Origin: a virus
IMG/VR virus record: IMGVR_UViG_3300013772_000002
Span: 40,817 to 104,816 of that record
Length of the DNA: 64,000 nt
Reading direction: 5' to 3' (one strand)
In this document: in pieces, positions 9,610 to 19,200 of the stretch
How the letters are laid out: each line of letters starts with the position of its first letter
How positions within the stretch are numbered: position 1 is the stretch's first letter
Notes under the pieces: generated by a model
Database searches by the model: none
The model's input: only the letters and a program-made list of their open reading frames with translations
What the model was told of the DNA's origin: nothing
Program-made: the position numbers and the translations under genes

Positions 9610-10293
9610 TTAGAACGCGATAGGTTTCAAGCAGTTAACGATGTCGTTCACACGGCAGTGGAGATCATCGAGACTACCGCCATTGACGATCTCCTCGTCG
9701 GCGGAGAGTGTGGACCAAAATTGCTCGGAGGAGTGATTCGCCGCTTCGCCTGTCAGTTTAGTGGCGTCGGGACGAATGATGCGAACGAAATGGAAGCCGT
9801 TGGCACGCAGTTGCTCGACTTCATGGGGGTAGCGAACATCGTCACAAACTATTGCTTTCCCAAAGAAACGAGATGTTTCCGCTTCCTGGAGTAGTAGTTT
9901 GACCCACGGTTCCTCGGGTGCGGCGAGACCCCGGATGACTTCCGTTCCCCACTGCTGGAGTGCGCCGCGGAAATGTGGCTTGTGTGCGTTGACGTAATTG
10001 ACGAAGTGATCGCGGACAATAATATCGCGGTGGTATGTCTCGAGATTTGGAGAATTCGTTGCGTACAGATATCCCATCTTGCCGGCCATAATACGCCTGA
10101 CGCTGCCGAACGTATCGGTAACGGACATGTGGAGTGGGAACGGCAGATCGAGTTGGACGTGGGCGAGAAAGCCAAGGCTTACCTTCATCGGATCAGCGAG
10201 TGCTGCCCGATGATAGTCATCTCGTACCTCGACCATCTGACTGACTGTCGTCTTTCCGCTACTGGCCATGCCGATAATGCCGAGATTTTGCAC
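9610..10293 (-). CDS. Deoxynucleoside monophosphate kinase
   Basis: GIIGMASSGKTT, ALADPMK, RGALQQWGTEVIR, DDVRYPHE, HSSE. Confidence 0.9.
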   Translation of the reverse strand: MQNLGIIGMASSGKTTVSQMVEVRDDYHRAALADPMKVSLGFLAHVQLDLPFPLHMSVTDTFGSVRRIMAGKMGYLYATNSPNLETYHRDIIVRDHFVNYVNAHKPHFRGALQQWGTEVIRGLAAPEEPWVKLLLQEAETSRFFGKAIVCDDVRYPHEVEQLRANGFHFVRIIRPDATKLTGEAANHSSEQFWSTLSADEEIVNGGSLDDLHCRVNDIVNCLKPIAF

Positions 10294-10314
10294 GAGATAT
10301 TCCTTCCGTCGTGA

Positions 10315-11175
10315 CTAAATTTGATCGCGGTATGCCGCAAAACGAGTACGATCACGCCCTATTCTTGGCCTGAGCAATAGCCCTCGAATGGCAACGTCGC
10401 TGTTCGGGTAATTGGGAGTGACCATTGCTGTGAGTGCCGCTTGCAGTGCGCCGGCATTGGTACGCGATACGAAGATTTCATCCTGGACGGGGATGCCTGT
10501 CGCTTTCAAATCACTCCATCCGAGCCAATAATCCCTGGCAACGCAGTAGACCTCCTTAACGAGAAAGGTTGTGCGTTGGGATGAGGACCCGAGGGTTACG
10601 CCGTCGTAGGGCTCACCGAGCATTGTGCCAATGACAACGAGTGGGTAGAGGGGAGCGTAGCGCAAAAGAACGTCTCCCCATGCCCGCAACCAACCAACCG
10701 CAGCATCCTTACGTGTATTCCGACGTGGATCATGACTGTGACCGATGCCCTTCGTTGGATTCGGCGGCGGTGACATAATCGGATAGGGAGCGGGATCGTC
10801 CCAGTTATTCCAATCGCCGACACGAATACGAAACGTGCCTGTCGTCGTCTCTATCGCGAGTGGCAAGTGACCGATGCGCGGCAGGATGGCGACGCCAAAG
10901 GGCTCGGAGAAGTCAGTGGCGCTTGTCGTTACCGTCTTGCCGTCTCCGGAAAGCCAGATACGTAGTTGTTGACCGGGTGGCAGCGCCTGAAGAACGCCGA
11001 TCTCCGGGTCCAAAAGCAAGCTGGACAAAACAGCCGGGGTGAAGGCGGGTGCGGCACGACGTGTCTTTGGATCGGTCGTAAAGAGCGGACCCTCTACCAA
11101 TGGCGCCCATGGAACAGCACGGTCGCTCGAATGCGGAGACTCCAGTTCAAGGAGAATCGGTGGGACGGTAGACAT
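10315..11175 (-). CDS. hypothetical protein; C-terminus resembles a degenerate RNA ligase
   Basis: 286-aa ORF within the operon. The C-terminal pattern is ligase-like but lacks the catalytic residues. Confidence 0.55.
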   Translation of the reverse strand: MSTVPPILLELESPHSSDRAVPWAPLVEGPLFTTDPKTRRAAPAFTPAVLSSLLLDPEIGVLQALPPGQQLRIWLSGDGKTVTTSATDFSEPFGVAILPRIGHLPLAIETTTGTFRIRVGDWNNWDDPAPYPIMSPPPNPTKGIGHSHDPRRNTRKDAAVGWLRAWGDVLLRYAPLYPLVVIGTMLGEPYDGVTLGSSSQRTTFLVKEVYCVARDYWLGWSDLKATGIPVQDEIFVSRTNAGALQAALTAMVTPNYPNSDVAIRGLLLRPRIGRDRTRFAAYRDQI

Positions 11176-11369
11176 TATGACTCCTGCCGGGCTTTCGCCA
11201 GGGGGGTTTCATCTTCGGTCGTGCGCCGTCCGGCAAGAGGCTCTTCGTCGTCCTCGCCACGGCGTTTTTGGAGGGGTTTCGAGTGATGAATCTTCCGCAG
11301 CGGCGTCTCGACCTCGTCGGCATCATCGTCGTCACTATCATCGCTTGGTGTAGGGGGTGTCTCGATCAA
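11175..11369 (-). CDS. small acidic protein with repeated PL-x-K/G units
   Basis: TTG start at 11369 after AAGGAG. Its stop overlaps the next start by one base. Confidence 0.55.
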   Translation of the reverse strand: MIETPPTPSDDSDDDDADEVETPLRKIHHSKPLQKRRGEDDEEPLAGRRTTEDETPLAKARQES

Positions 11370-11380
11370 TGGTGGTCTCC

Positions 11381-12067
11381 TTATTCTACCGCACCGGGGC
11401 ATTCCGGTGCAAGGGTCTTCAGGGTCCAAGAGTCGATTACCGTCGTCTCACCGGAAGAGATTGGCAATTTGCCGAAGTAGATCGTCTCATTCTCGGGACC
11501 GACGTTGACGACAGACATGGCGCGTCCATAACCGTATGGGCGCTCCCGATTTTTGCGCCGCTTGTGGTGAAGCGCGTCGACGACGCGACGACCCCAAGCG
11601 CCGGCCAGATCAAGCCAGACGATACCGATATCAGCTACTTCCTCGACGTCAATCTCTCCCATCCGGTAGTCAGCGGCGCGTAGCGTGGCGAGCGATTCGC
11701 CGATCTCGGCGACGAGGTGCAGGAGTTGGCGCAGAACATGACCGTCAATTCCGTTTGTCGGAGTTGTCACGGTCTGCTCGCGCCTTCCAGAACCCCCAAC
11801 GCGGGCGTAGGGAGGAAGGCGGGCGGAGAATGCAACACGACGCAATAGATTGGTTGCGTTCTCGATCTCTTCGAGATGGCTCGACGGGATTCGACCTGTC
11901 TTGCGCTGACCGTCGATCGCCGCGCCAACCGCGCGGACGAGGTCGCCGAGAATAACGAGCTGTTCGGCGTCGGGTGGTGGCGATGATGACTCCGCTTCAT
12001 CCCAGAATCCCTGGCGAATCGCATCGATGCGGCAACTATCGACAATTGCTCCCAAACTCGTATCCAT
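11381..12067 (-). CDS. MazG-like nucleotide pyrophosphohydrolase
   Basis: LLHLVAEIGE..EEVADIGIVWLDLAG..KRRKNRERPY. ATG at 12067 after GAGGAGG. Confidence 0.8.
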   Translation of the reverse strand: MDTSLGAIVDSCRIDAIRQGFWDEAESSSPPPDAEQLVILGDLVRAVGAAIDGQRKTGRIPSSHLEEIENATNLLRRVAFSARLPPYARVGGSGRREQTVTTPTNGIDGHVLRQLLHLVAEIGESLATLRAADYRMGEIDVEEVADIGIVWLDLAGAWGRRVVDALHHKRRKNRERPYGYGRAMSVVNVGPENETIYFGKLPISSGETTVIDSWTLKTLAPECPGAVE

Positions 12068-12131
12068 AGGAAGCCCCTCCTCAATAAAAATCGATTGCAG
12101 TCGAAGCATGAGCGGCATGCGTACTACGACT

Positions 12132-12160
12132 TTGCTAGTATACACGTGAAGTGGTACAAT
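12132..12160 (+). promoter_or_regulatory. sigma70-type promoter of the packaging/head operon
   Basis: TTGCTA-N17-TACAAT with an extended TG, in the divergent intergenic region. Confidence 0.6.
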
Positions 12161-12219
12161 GTAAAGCAGAGAAGACGACTTTCTACATGAGTTTTTGACA
12201 CCCCGGAAGGATCGCCCCT

Positions 12220-12966
12220 ATGCCCCGTCGTACGCTCAACGATCGCGACCTTAAGGCTGATCTTGATGAGGGGATGACGCCCGTCGAGATTGCCGTGCGG
12301 CGCAATGTCACCGATCGCACCGTCTCTCGTCGCATTCTCCGCCTCGGCGCGATGGGTGACGGCGCCGCCGTGCGTGCCGCCGATGAGATTATGGCCGCCG
12401 GTATTAATCAGGCGCGTGCCTACTACATGATCCAGATGACGATGTTGGAGCAACTGGACGACCTCGCCGAGGACGCGGAGCATTACCGCGAGGCGAAAGA
12501 GGAAGGGTTGGCGCTTGCCAATGAGTTTCTGGTTCGCTTTGCCGATGGTGAAGAGATTCTTACGCCACAGTTTGAGAAGACGCTCGATAGGCTTACCAAT
12601 CCGTCCGACCCCTACCCGAACATGTTCAAGGCGGCATCGCTTGCCTCCGCGAACATGCAACTCTATGTCGATATCTACAAGACGCTAATCGACATGCGCG
12701 CGATGGCGATGCTCAAGCAGGCGCTCCTGGAACTGCTCGATCTCGGTGACCCGCGCATCGCGGCGATCATCGGCGCTTATCAGACGCGCGCCGAGAGCGC
12801 CCGCAGTCTGCTTGGTATGGACTATCGCAACCCGGACCCCGACCCAAAGACATGGAGCGCGGCCGCTGAGCGTGATTTTCAGGCGCTCCCCCGCCCCGAC
12901 AGCTTGCCTGACCCGAAGCGGATTATTGCCGGTCACGGGATCGTCATCGAGGGGAAGGCGCGATGA
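12220..12966 (+). CDS. putative terminase small subunit
   Basis: N-terminal HTH (MTPVEIAVRRNVTDRTVSRRI), helical body, upstream of TerL. Confidence 0.55.
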   Translation: MPRRTLNDRDLKADLDEGMTPVEIAVRRNVTDRTVSRRILRLGAMGDGAAVRAADEIMAAGINQARAYYMIQMTMLEQLDDLAEDAEHYREAKEEGLALANEFLVRFADGEEILTPQFEKTLDRLTNPSDPYPNMFKAASLASANMQLYVDIYKTLIDMRAMAMLKQALLELLDLGDPRIAAIIGAYQTRAESARSLLGMDYRNPDPDPKTWSAAAERDFQALPRPDSLPDPKRIIAGHGIVIEGKAR

Positions 12967-13139
12967 CCAATATTTGGGATGAGCTCACGCTGGCGAAACG
13001 CCTGGCCGCTCGCGCTGCCGCCGAGGATCAACTGCGCGCCGCAGAGGAGCGCGCCTGGCACCGGGCGATCAACCGGCGTATCTGGGCGATCAACCACCCA
13101 TTGCTTGCTGCGCTATGCGTCGAGCGAGCCAAACGATGA
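12963..13139 (+). CDS. small hypothetical protein (58 aa)
   Basis: MTNIWDELTLAKRLAARAAAEDQLR...; ATGA overlaps at both ends. Confidence 0.55.
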   Translation: MTNIWDELTLAKRLAARAAAEDQLRAAEERAWHRAINRRIWAINHPLLAALCVERAKR

Positions 13140-13603
13140 TTGATTTTCTTCTCCGCCTGACGATTCCGATGCCGCCGACGGGCACCAACCACGCCTACGT
13201 CCCGCGCGTCGTTCATCGTGGTGGCGGCAAGATGGGCGCCTCCCTGATGCATTCCAAGGAGCACGCCACTTGGGAGTCGGGCGCCCTCAAGGCGATGGTC
13301 GATGACGACATGGGCGTCGAGTGGTTTATCAACCCGACTGATTTTGATCCCAAGGAGGCTCTCGGTCTTGCTTTCTCCTGGTATTTCAAGGATCGTCGCT
13401 CCGACCTCGACAGTCGCCACAAACTTGTCAAAGACCTCGTTTTCGATTACCTGACGGCACGGACGGGAATGAAATGCAATGATCGTGAGGTATCCGGCGA
13501 CATCAACGATCGCCATTACTACAAGACGAATCCTCATGTTTTCGTTACCGTTCGTACGCTTGACGCGCACAACGCTCGCTACCACACCGATGCCGAGCGA
13601 TAA
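13136..13603 (+). CDS. rusA: RusA-like Holliday junction resolvase
   Basis: LTIPMPPTGTNHAY..RRSDLDSRHKLVKDLV..NDREV. Confidence 0.75.
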   Translation: MIDFLLRLTIPMPPTGTNHAYVPRVVHRGGGKMGASLMHSKEHATWESGALKAMVDDDMGVEWFINPTDFDPKEALGLAFSWYFKDRRSDLDSRHKLVKDLVFDYLTARTGMKCNDREVSGDINDRHYYKTNPHVFVTVRTLDAHNARYHTDAER

Positions 13604-13611
13604 CCCGGTGG

Positions 13612-13641
13612 TTGAGTAAACACCATAAATCATGGTATACT
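13612..13641 (+). promoter_or_regulatory. putative promoter upstream of TerL
   Basis: TTGAGT-N18-TATACT with an extended TG. Confidence 0.45.
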
Positions 13642-13690
13642 GGTAGAGTATAGTATCGTTTCCCTCCCCATCCATAAAATCTGAGGCGCT

Positions 13691-15751
13691 ATGCCTGTCG
13701 CTACCTCCGCCGTTGACCCGCTCGACGATTTGTTTGGCGCGATCAAGGGCAAACTCAGCCAGCAAGTACAGCGCGACGAGCGCGCCCGGCTTCGCCTCGC
13801 AAGCGGCGGGGCGATTGGTGCTGGCGGCTCGGCTCTGCGCATGTACGAAGAAGGGACGATCTGGACGGATGGTATTGCGCCACCAACCTTCGTCGATTTC
13901 GTCACGAACGAGATGGAGGGCTTTCTTTATCCTCTGCAGGCCGAAGCAATCATGGCCGCGATTGGCAACGATCCTGCTTTGCTCTTTCATCCGCGAGTCG
14001 ACGAGAACGAGTATTACAACGATTGGCCGAATGGTCCACCACTACGCAATATTATATCTACTATTATCTTGTTATGGGGTAAGGGAAGCGGAAAAGACCT
14101 CATCATTTCATATCTAGTATCATATATAGTGTTTGTAATCATGCACATGGCAGACCCCTATGCATACTTTCATCATGCCCCCGGTGAACCCTTCGACATC
14201 ATTAACTGCGCCATTAATGCCCACCAAGCGCAGAACGTCTTCTTCCGTAAGCTCAAGAATTGTTTGTTGCGTGAGTGTTTTCAGAAGTTCGGCAGTAGGC
14301 CCGACATCCTCACTGATCGTGCCATCTTCTACCGCGTTGTTCCGGGCATCTCCGAGCCGGTCGAACTGATTCGTTGCTGGTCACGCCACTCGAAATCTGA
14401 ATCGATTGAGGGGATGAATATCATCGCCTTTATCCTCGACGAGGCATCGGGATTCGAGCTCAAGGGGAAGAAGGAACTGGCGGAAGACGACGAGGGCGAA
14501 GAGTACGCCCTCTCTCCCGCCGATGCGATCTTCGATGTTCTCGAAACATCCGCCGCAACGCGCTTCGAGGATCAGTACCTGGGATTCGTGATTTCGTATC
14601 CACGCTTTGAAGATGACTTTACGATGCGGATGTATAACCGGACACTTCTGGATCATCCAATGAACTACTTCTCGTTGGACGACATCGATGATCCGAATGA
14701 CTCCGTCGGGCTATCGCGGATCGGCAAGTTGAAGTATCCCCACATCTTCGCGCATAAAGCGGCTACCTGGGAAGTCAACCTCAAGAAACCACGCAGTGCA
14801 TTCGATAAGTTCTTTCGTGCCAATCCTGAGAAGTCGGCGATGCGCTTCGCTTGCGAACCGCCCCCCGCCAAGGGCGGCTACTTCTCGCAGCCACAAAAGA
14901 TTGACGAGGCATTCAGTGAACGCCTTCGCCCCGCTGTCCAGTGGACCGTCGACCATATTCGCCGCGGCTCTCAGGAGTTGGTCGGCGTCAAGTTGACAGG
15001 GCACCGCTTCTCTCCCGCCAACCTCTATGTTGCCCACTGCGATCCCGGTCTGAGTTCTGACGCTTTCACGCTCGGTATCGCGCACCCGAACTACGCGGTA
15101 CAAGCGGAAATCTTCGACTCCAAAGGAAAGGCGTACACGGTTCCGCAGGTGGTGATCGACTCGCTTATCGTCTGGCGTCCCGAGCCGCGCGAGCATCGTG
15201 TCGTTGATTTCATTAATGCCTCGCAGGTGATTCTCGATCTGGCCGGACTTTGTGACATGCGTCGTTGGTCGGCGGATCGTTGGAACAGCGCCCAGTTACA
15301 ACAACAACTGACTGCCGCTGGCATTCGCTGTGAGTACGCCGCCTTCTCGAATGCACAGCAAATCCAGCAGTACGAGAATTTCAAGACACTCCTCTATGCC
15401 GGACTGATCAAGTTCAGTGGTTTCTGGGATGTCGAGCCCTGGCGGCGCGTACGAGACGAACTTCGCAAGTTGATCCTCATCAATGGCACGCGCATCGATC
15501 ACCAAACGGGCGGATCGAAAGACTGTGCGGATGTCGTTGTTGGTGCTACCTGGCTCGCTTGCCAAAAAGGTCTCTCGCAGCGGGCATTCGAGGGATACGC
15601 TCCCCCCGCTCCGGGTCATGCCACTCTCCACCAGCACAACCAGACAACATCGACCCTTGATACCTTGCGCCGCATGCACCGCGCTCCAAACGCGAAGGAA
15701 ACGCTGCGGCTCCCCTACGCCAAGTCCCGCATTTCGGCAGGAGTTAGCTAA
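13691..15751 (+). CDS. Terminase large subunit
   Basis: LYPLQ, LWGKGSGKD (Walker A), FILDEA (Walker B), ISYP, nuclease HCDPG..DRWNS..SKDCAD. Confidence 0.92.
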   Translation: MPVATSAVDPLDDLFGAIKGKLSQQVQRDERARLRLASGGAIGAGGSALRMYEEGTIWTDGIAPPTFVDFVTNEMEGFLYPLQAEAIMAAIGNDPALLFHPRVDENEYYNDWPNGPPLRNIISTIILLWGKGSGKDLIISYLVSYIVFVIMHMADPYAYFHHAPGEPFDIINCAINAHQAQNVFFRKLKNCLLRECFQKFGSRPDILTDRAIFYRVVPGISEPVELIRCWSRHSKSESIEGMNIIAFILDEASGFELKGKKELAEDDEGEEYALSPADAIFDVLETSAATRFEDQYLGFVISYPRFEDDFTMRMYNRTLLDHPMNYFSLDDIDDPNDSVGLSRIGKLKYPHIFAHKAATWEVNLKKPRSAFDKFFRANPEKSAMRFACEPPPAKGGYFSQPQKIDEAFSERLRPAVQWTVDHIRRGSQELVGVKLTGHRFSPANLYVAHCDPGLSSDAFTLGIAHPNYAVQAEIFDSKGKAYTVPQVVIDSLIVWRPEPREHRVVDFINASQVILDLAGLCDMRRWSADRWNSAQLQQQLTAAGIRCEYAAFSNAQQIQQYENFKTLLYAGLIKFSGFWDVEPWRRVRDELRKLILINGTRIDHQTGGSKDCADVVVGATWLACQKGLSQRAFEGYAPPAPGHATLHQHNQTTSTLDTLRRMHRAPNAKETLRLPYAKSRISAGVS

Positions 15752-17715
15752 TGCCCCGCGACCCGCGCATGCCAAACATCCCGGCGCCACCTGACTGGGA
15801 CTACCACCAGGGGAAAATCTATCTTCCCCCGACGATTGCCAAGTCAATTAGGGAAGAGAAGAGTGCCGAAGAGAAGGCGATCAAGGGGAAGCTCTTCTCC
15901 AACTGGTCCCGGACAATTACGCGTACCGCCGGCGGCGCCGTTGACCGTTCGCCGAACCGCCCCTCACACGCCCTCCTGAAGTACGTGGCACGTAACTGCA
16001 CGCTGGATTCAGCGATTATCTCGACACTCAAGGCGAACATTTCCGCCTTTACACAAGTCGCCCACGTCGAGGGGAAGCAGATTGGCTTCCGCGTCGTGCA
16101 CAAACGGTACAACGATCCCGCCTGGCAGCCGGACGAGGAGACGTTACACGATATCAATGATCGCTGCCGCCAGATGGAACGCTTGATCCTCAATACGACC
16201 AAGCCCGCCTGCCCTTCGTTCGCCACCTTTATGTCGGCGGCGACCGATGATGAGCTGACAATCGACCGCGCGAACATGGTGATCGTCCCTGACCGCCAGG
16301 GACGTCCCCTTAGTTATCACTATCTTCCCGGCGGGACGCTCTTGCCACGCTTCCTCTATCTCAAAGAGTTCATGGCTCGCTGGGGTAAAGAGGATTCGCT
16401 CTTCTATAATGACGACCGTGCCGCCCAACGTCTTTCCGAGGAGCTGAAACTTAACGGCGTGCGCACTCCCGAGGGGCACGAGATCGACCTGACGCATGCC
16501 GCTTTCGTACAGGTCCTTGATGACAATACCGTCTGTGGCGCTTGGACTGAGAAGCAATTGGCGATTGACATTATCAACCCGATGGTGGAGATCGACCAGA
16601 GTTACTTTGGCACTTCGCCGGTCGAGCAGTCACTCGACGTGAGCTATCTGTGGAACAGTGCCTGGAACTACCAGAAGCAGCTATTCCAAACGACCTGGCC
16701 CGAAGCGATCCTCCTGTTGCACGGCGACTACTCCCCCGAAGGGTTGCAGGGGTTCAAGGACGATGTCCTTGCCTCGCACGGTAACTCTCAACGTCTGCCA
16801 GTGATTTCCGGTGGTCCGAAAGGGGAGACCGACGTCTCGCTCGTTACATTGCGCAATACGCCACAGGACATGCTCTTCGACCAGCTGTTGAAATTCATGC
16901 TCGCGCTGAAGTGCGCCTTTTTTCGCATCCATCCCAGTACGATCAACTTCGCTTCCGAGGGCGCCGCTTCCGATGGCGGTCTGCCCCAAGACCGAAACTA
17001 CATCATCCAGCAGGCCAACGAAGAGGGCAACCGTTCGCGCCTGCGTCGTCGCTTCGGCTGGCTGACCCATCACCTGATCATCCCATGGTACGACGATCTG
17101 ATCGCCATTCCCGAAGGAATGGACATGGTTCCCTTCGAGCAGGTCATTCAACGTGAGATCGAGCTCTCCGGCGCGGGCATCAAGACGAAGAACGAGACGC
17201 GCGCGCAGATCGGTCTTCCGCCCATGCCCGATGGTCTACCTGGCTCCAACCTTGGCGACTGGACTGGATCACAGGTCGATGTCGCGATCGTCGGCGCCAT
17301 CCAGGCTCAGGAAGCGATGAAGCAGCAGCAACAGGCGCAGATGAACCCACAGAATGTCGCCGCACAACAGCCGGGCGCTAGCGGTGGCGACTATGGCGCC
17401 GACCAAGGGATGCCCCAGGGCGGTGCGACCACCCCACCTCCACAGGGTCAACCACCCCAACCCGGCGCCCCGCCGACGGGCGGACCACCCGCGGCGCCGC
17501 CGCCTCCTCCGGCACAAAAGAGTCTCAATCCATTGACGGAAACGGAGGGACATCCCCACCATCGGAAGACACATTACAGTCTTCTCTGGTCGGGTGGCCC
17601 GGTCGTGCCGCGCGGCGGTCTCGGTTCTGCCTACATGGAGGATGACGAGGACGACACTGATGATGGTCCGAATGGTTCGGACGATGATGGAGGCGAGGAT
17701 GGCGACGACGTCTAG
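15751..17715 (+). CDS. Portal protein with a long Q/P-rich and acidic C-terminal tail
   Basis: Follows TerL. YFGTSPVEQ, DMLFDQLLKFMLALKCAFFRIHPSTINF and KTKNETRAQIGLPP are SPO1/Twort-like portal motifs. Confidence 0.9.
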   Translation: MPRDPRMPNIPAPPDWDYHQGKIYLPPTIAKSIREEKSAEEKAIKGKLFSNWSRTITRTAGGAVDRSPNRPSHALLKYVARNCTLDSAIISTLKANISAFTQVAHVEGKQIGFRVVHKRYNDPAWQPDEETLHDINDRCRQMERLILNTTKPACPSFATFMSAATDDELTIDRANMVIVPDRQGRPLSYHYLPGGTLLPRFLYLKEFMARWGKEDSLFYNDDRAAQRLSEELKLNGVRTPEGHEIDLTHAAFVQVLDDNTVCGAWTEKQLAIDIINPMVEIDQSYFGTSPVEQSLDVSYLWNSAWNYQKQLFQTTWPEAILLLHGDYSPEGLQGFKDDVLASHGNSQRLPVISGGPKGETDVSLVTLRNTPQDMLFDQLLKFMLALKCAFFRIHPSTINFASEGAASDGGLPQDRNYIIQQANEEGNRSRLRRRFGWLTHHLIIPWYDDLIAIPEGMDMVPFEQVIQREIELSGAGIKTKNETRAQIGLPPMPDGLPGSNLGDWTGSQVDVAIVGAIQAQEAMKQQQQAQMNPQNVAAQQPGASGGDYGADQGMPQGGATTPPPQGQPPQPGAPPTGGPPAAPPPPPAQKSLNPLTETEGHPHHRKTHYSLLWSGGPVVPRGGLGSAYMEDDEDDTDDGPNGSDDDGGEDGDDV

Positions 17716-17974
17716 CCCTAAGACCACCGTCGGCGACATCGTTATGTTTCATCGCGCGCATGGTGTCCACCGTGGTGTCGTACTCGCTTCTGGCAAGGAT
17801 GGCGCGCGCGTTCTCGATGCTTTCACGGGCGATAAGTTGGAAGTACGTCACGAAGGTATCTATCGTCACATTACTATTGATGCCACCGACCTCCGCGCCG
17901 CTGTTGCCGGATTGCACGGCATGGGCCTGCGCGTTCATTTGACCGACGCGCAACGCATCGCGCTGGAGGAGTAA
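17699..17974 (+). CDS. hypothetical protein (SH3/KOW-like beta pattern)
   Basis: ATG after GGAGG; VGDIVMFH..GVVLASGKDGARV. Confidence 0.6.
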   Translation: MATTSSPKTTVGDIVMFHRAHGVHRGVVLASGKDGARVLDAFTGDKLEVRHEGIYRHITIDATDLRAAVAGLHGMGLRVHLTDAQRIALEE

Positions 17975-17978
17975 TCCC

Positions 17979-18461
17979 ATGCCTACGCATCGTGTTGCCT
18001 GGATTGGCGCCTATGAACCGCTCAAGCCATGGCGTTTCGATACCGGATATCCCTCGATCTCTCTCTTTATGGGGGACGACGTCGATATCTATTTTCGGGC
18101 AACGATGCGTGCCGCCACGACGATCTATACTCCCGATGGGGGCTTTGAGAGTACCGTTGTCGATCTCACTTATGCCAAAATCATCTTTACCCTGACCCCC
18201 GCCGACCCCGACCTGACAGACCCCCAGACGATCACGAAGACGAGCGCTACCGGCGGCGGCATTGTGATCGTTGACGGTCCAACCGGGCAGTTGACGATTT
18301 CGCTTGCCGCCGCGGATACCGCCGACCTGCCAACGACCGTTTACACCGCTGAGTGTCGTGCGTTGTTTACGGACACGGGCAAGATCGGCATGATCGGCAA
18401 GAGTCCCGCCTTCTTCATCCCCACGAGCATTGGCGCGGACGCCTTCAACGCGATTCCATAA
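17979..18461 (+). CDS. BppU-N/Ig-like beta protein; paralog of 54990-55400
   Basis: DLTYAKIIFTL..GIVIVDGPTGQLTISLAAADTADL..YTAE. Confidence 0.6.
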   Translation: MPTHRVAWIGAYEPLKPWRFDTGYPSISLFMGDDVDIYFRATMRAATTIYTPDGGFESTVVDLTYAKIIFTLTPADPDLTDPQTITKTSATGGGIVIVDGPTGQLTISLAAADTADLPTTVYTAECRALFTDTGKIGMIGKSPAFFIPTSIGADAFNAIP

Positions 18462-18471
18462 TAGGAGCCAT

Positions 18472-19200
18472 ATGGCGACGCCCACGCTGCCGGAACAGCA
18501 CAAGTTCAGCTCGAAAATCTTCATCCCGGGTCACGGATGGAAATATAACTACGCGCCCGGCTTATCGTCGACACGCGTGCCGACCTTCGCTGCTGCTGCC
18601 GCGCGTGCGCGATCTGCCGCCACTCCCCCGGGAGGCACGGCGCCACCAACCCTTCCTTCGACCCCATCTCCTCAAACTCCACCCCCGCCGCCCGGTGACG
18701 ATGGCATGATTCGCGTCGGTGACCGGGTTGTTCCACGTGCTGAAGGTAAACGCGCCCGCCGCTCTTTTCGCCCCGATGGCGGACCCGACCCGGACGACGA
18801 AGCCACGGCACAATTCGTTGCTCAGGCGCGTGGTTATATCCGCAAGGCGCTTTTTCTCTATGCCCATGAACGATGTGCACTTGGGCATTTGCCCAATGTT
18901 TGGAGTGCGTTAGAGCCCCACCTAGACGCCGCGCTCGAGGCGGGAGTCGATATGGTTGTCGCCGATAAAGATCGTCTCTCCGCGCTCTTCAAGGCCGCGA
19001 AGGGAAACGCGCATATCGCCGGGCATCTCGCCGCCGCCGACCGCTGGATACCTGCCGCGCATGCCATCTGCGCCGCCGCCAATGTGCCGCAATTTGGCGG
19101 TGAACTTGCTCGGATCGCTCGACCACGCTCAGGTTGGCCAGCGTTCGATGCCGCCATGAGGGAACTTTCTGAGATGCGTCGTGGTACCCCAAATGACTGA
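18472..19200 (+). CDS. hypothetical head-associated protein
   Basis: ATG after AGGAG. HKFSSKIFIPGHGWKYNY, a Pro-rich linker, and IRKAL/LFKAA motifs. Confidence 0.65.
   Translation: MATPTLPEQHKFSSKIFIPGHGWKYNYAPGLSSTRVPTFAAAAARARSAATPPGGTAPPTLPSTPSPQTPPPPPGDDGMIRVGDRVVPRAEGKRARRSFRPDGGPDPDDEATAQFVAQARGYIRKALFLYAHERCALGHLPNVWSALEPHLDAALEAGVDMVVADKDRLSALFKAAKGNAHIAGHLAAADRWIPAAHAICAAANVPQFGGELARIARPRSGWPAFDAAMRELSEMRRGTPND

Noticed and set aside
4227-12067. HD + MazG + kinase cluster as a 2-aminoadenine (Z-genome) or other base-modification pathway
   Set aside because: No PurZ or base-modifying enzyme is in the window, and the HD protein looks YhaM-like rather than DatZ-like. Ordinary nucleotide-pool functions suffice.
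5873-15751. Inteins or introns in RNR or TerL
   Set aside because: Both ORFs are continuous and near normal length, with no intein splice-junction or LAGLIDADG motifs seen.
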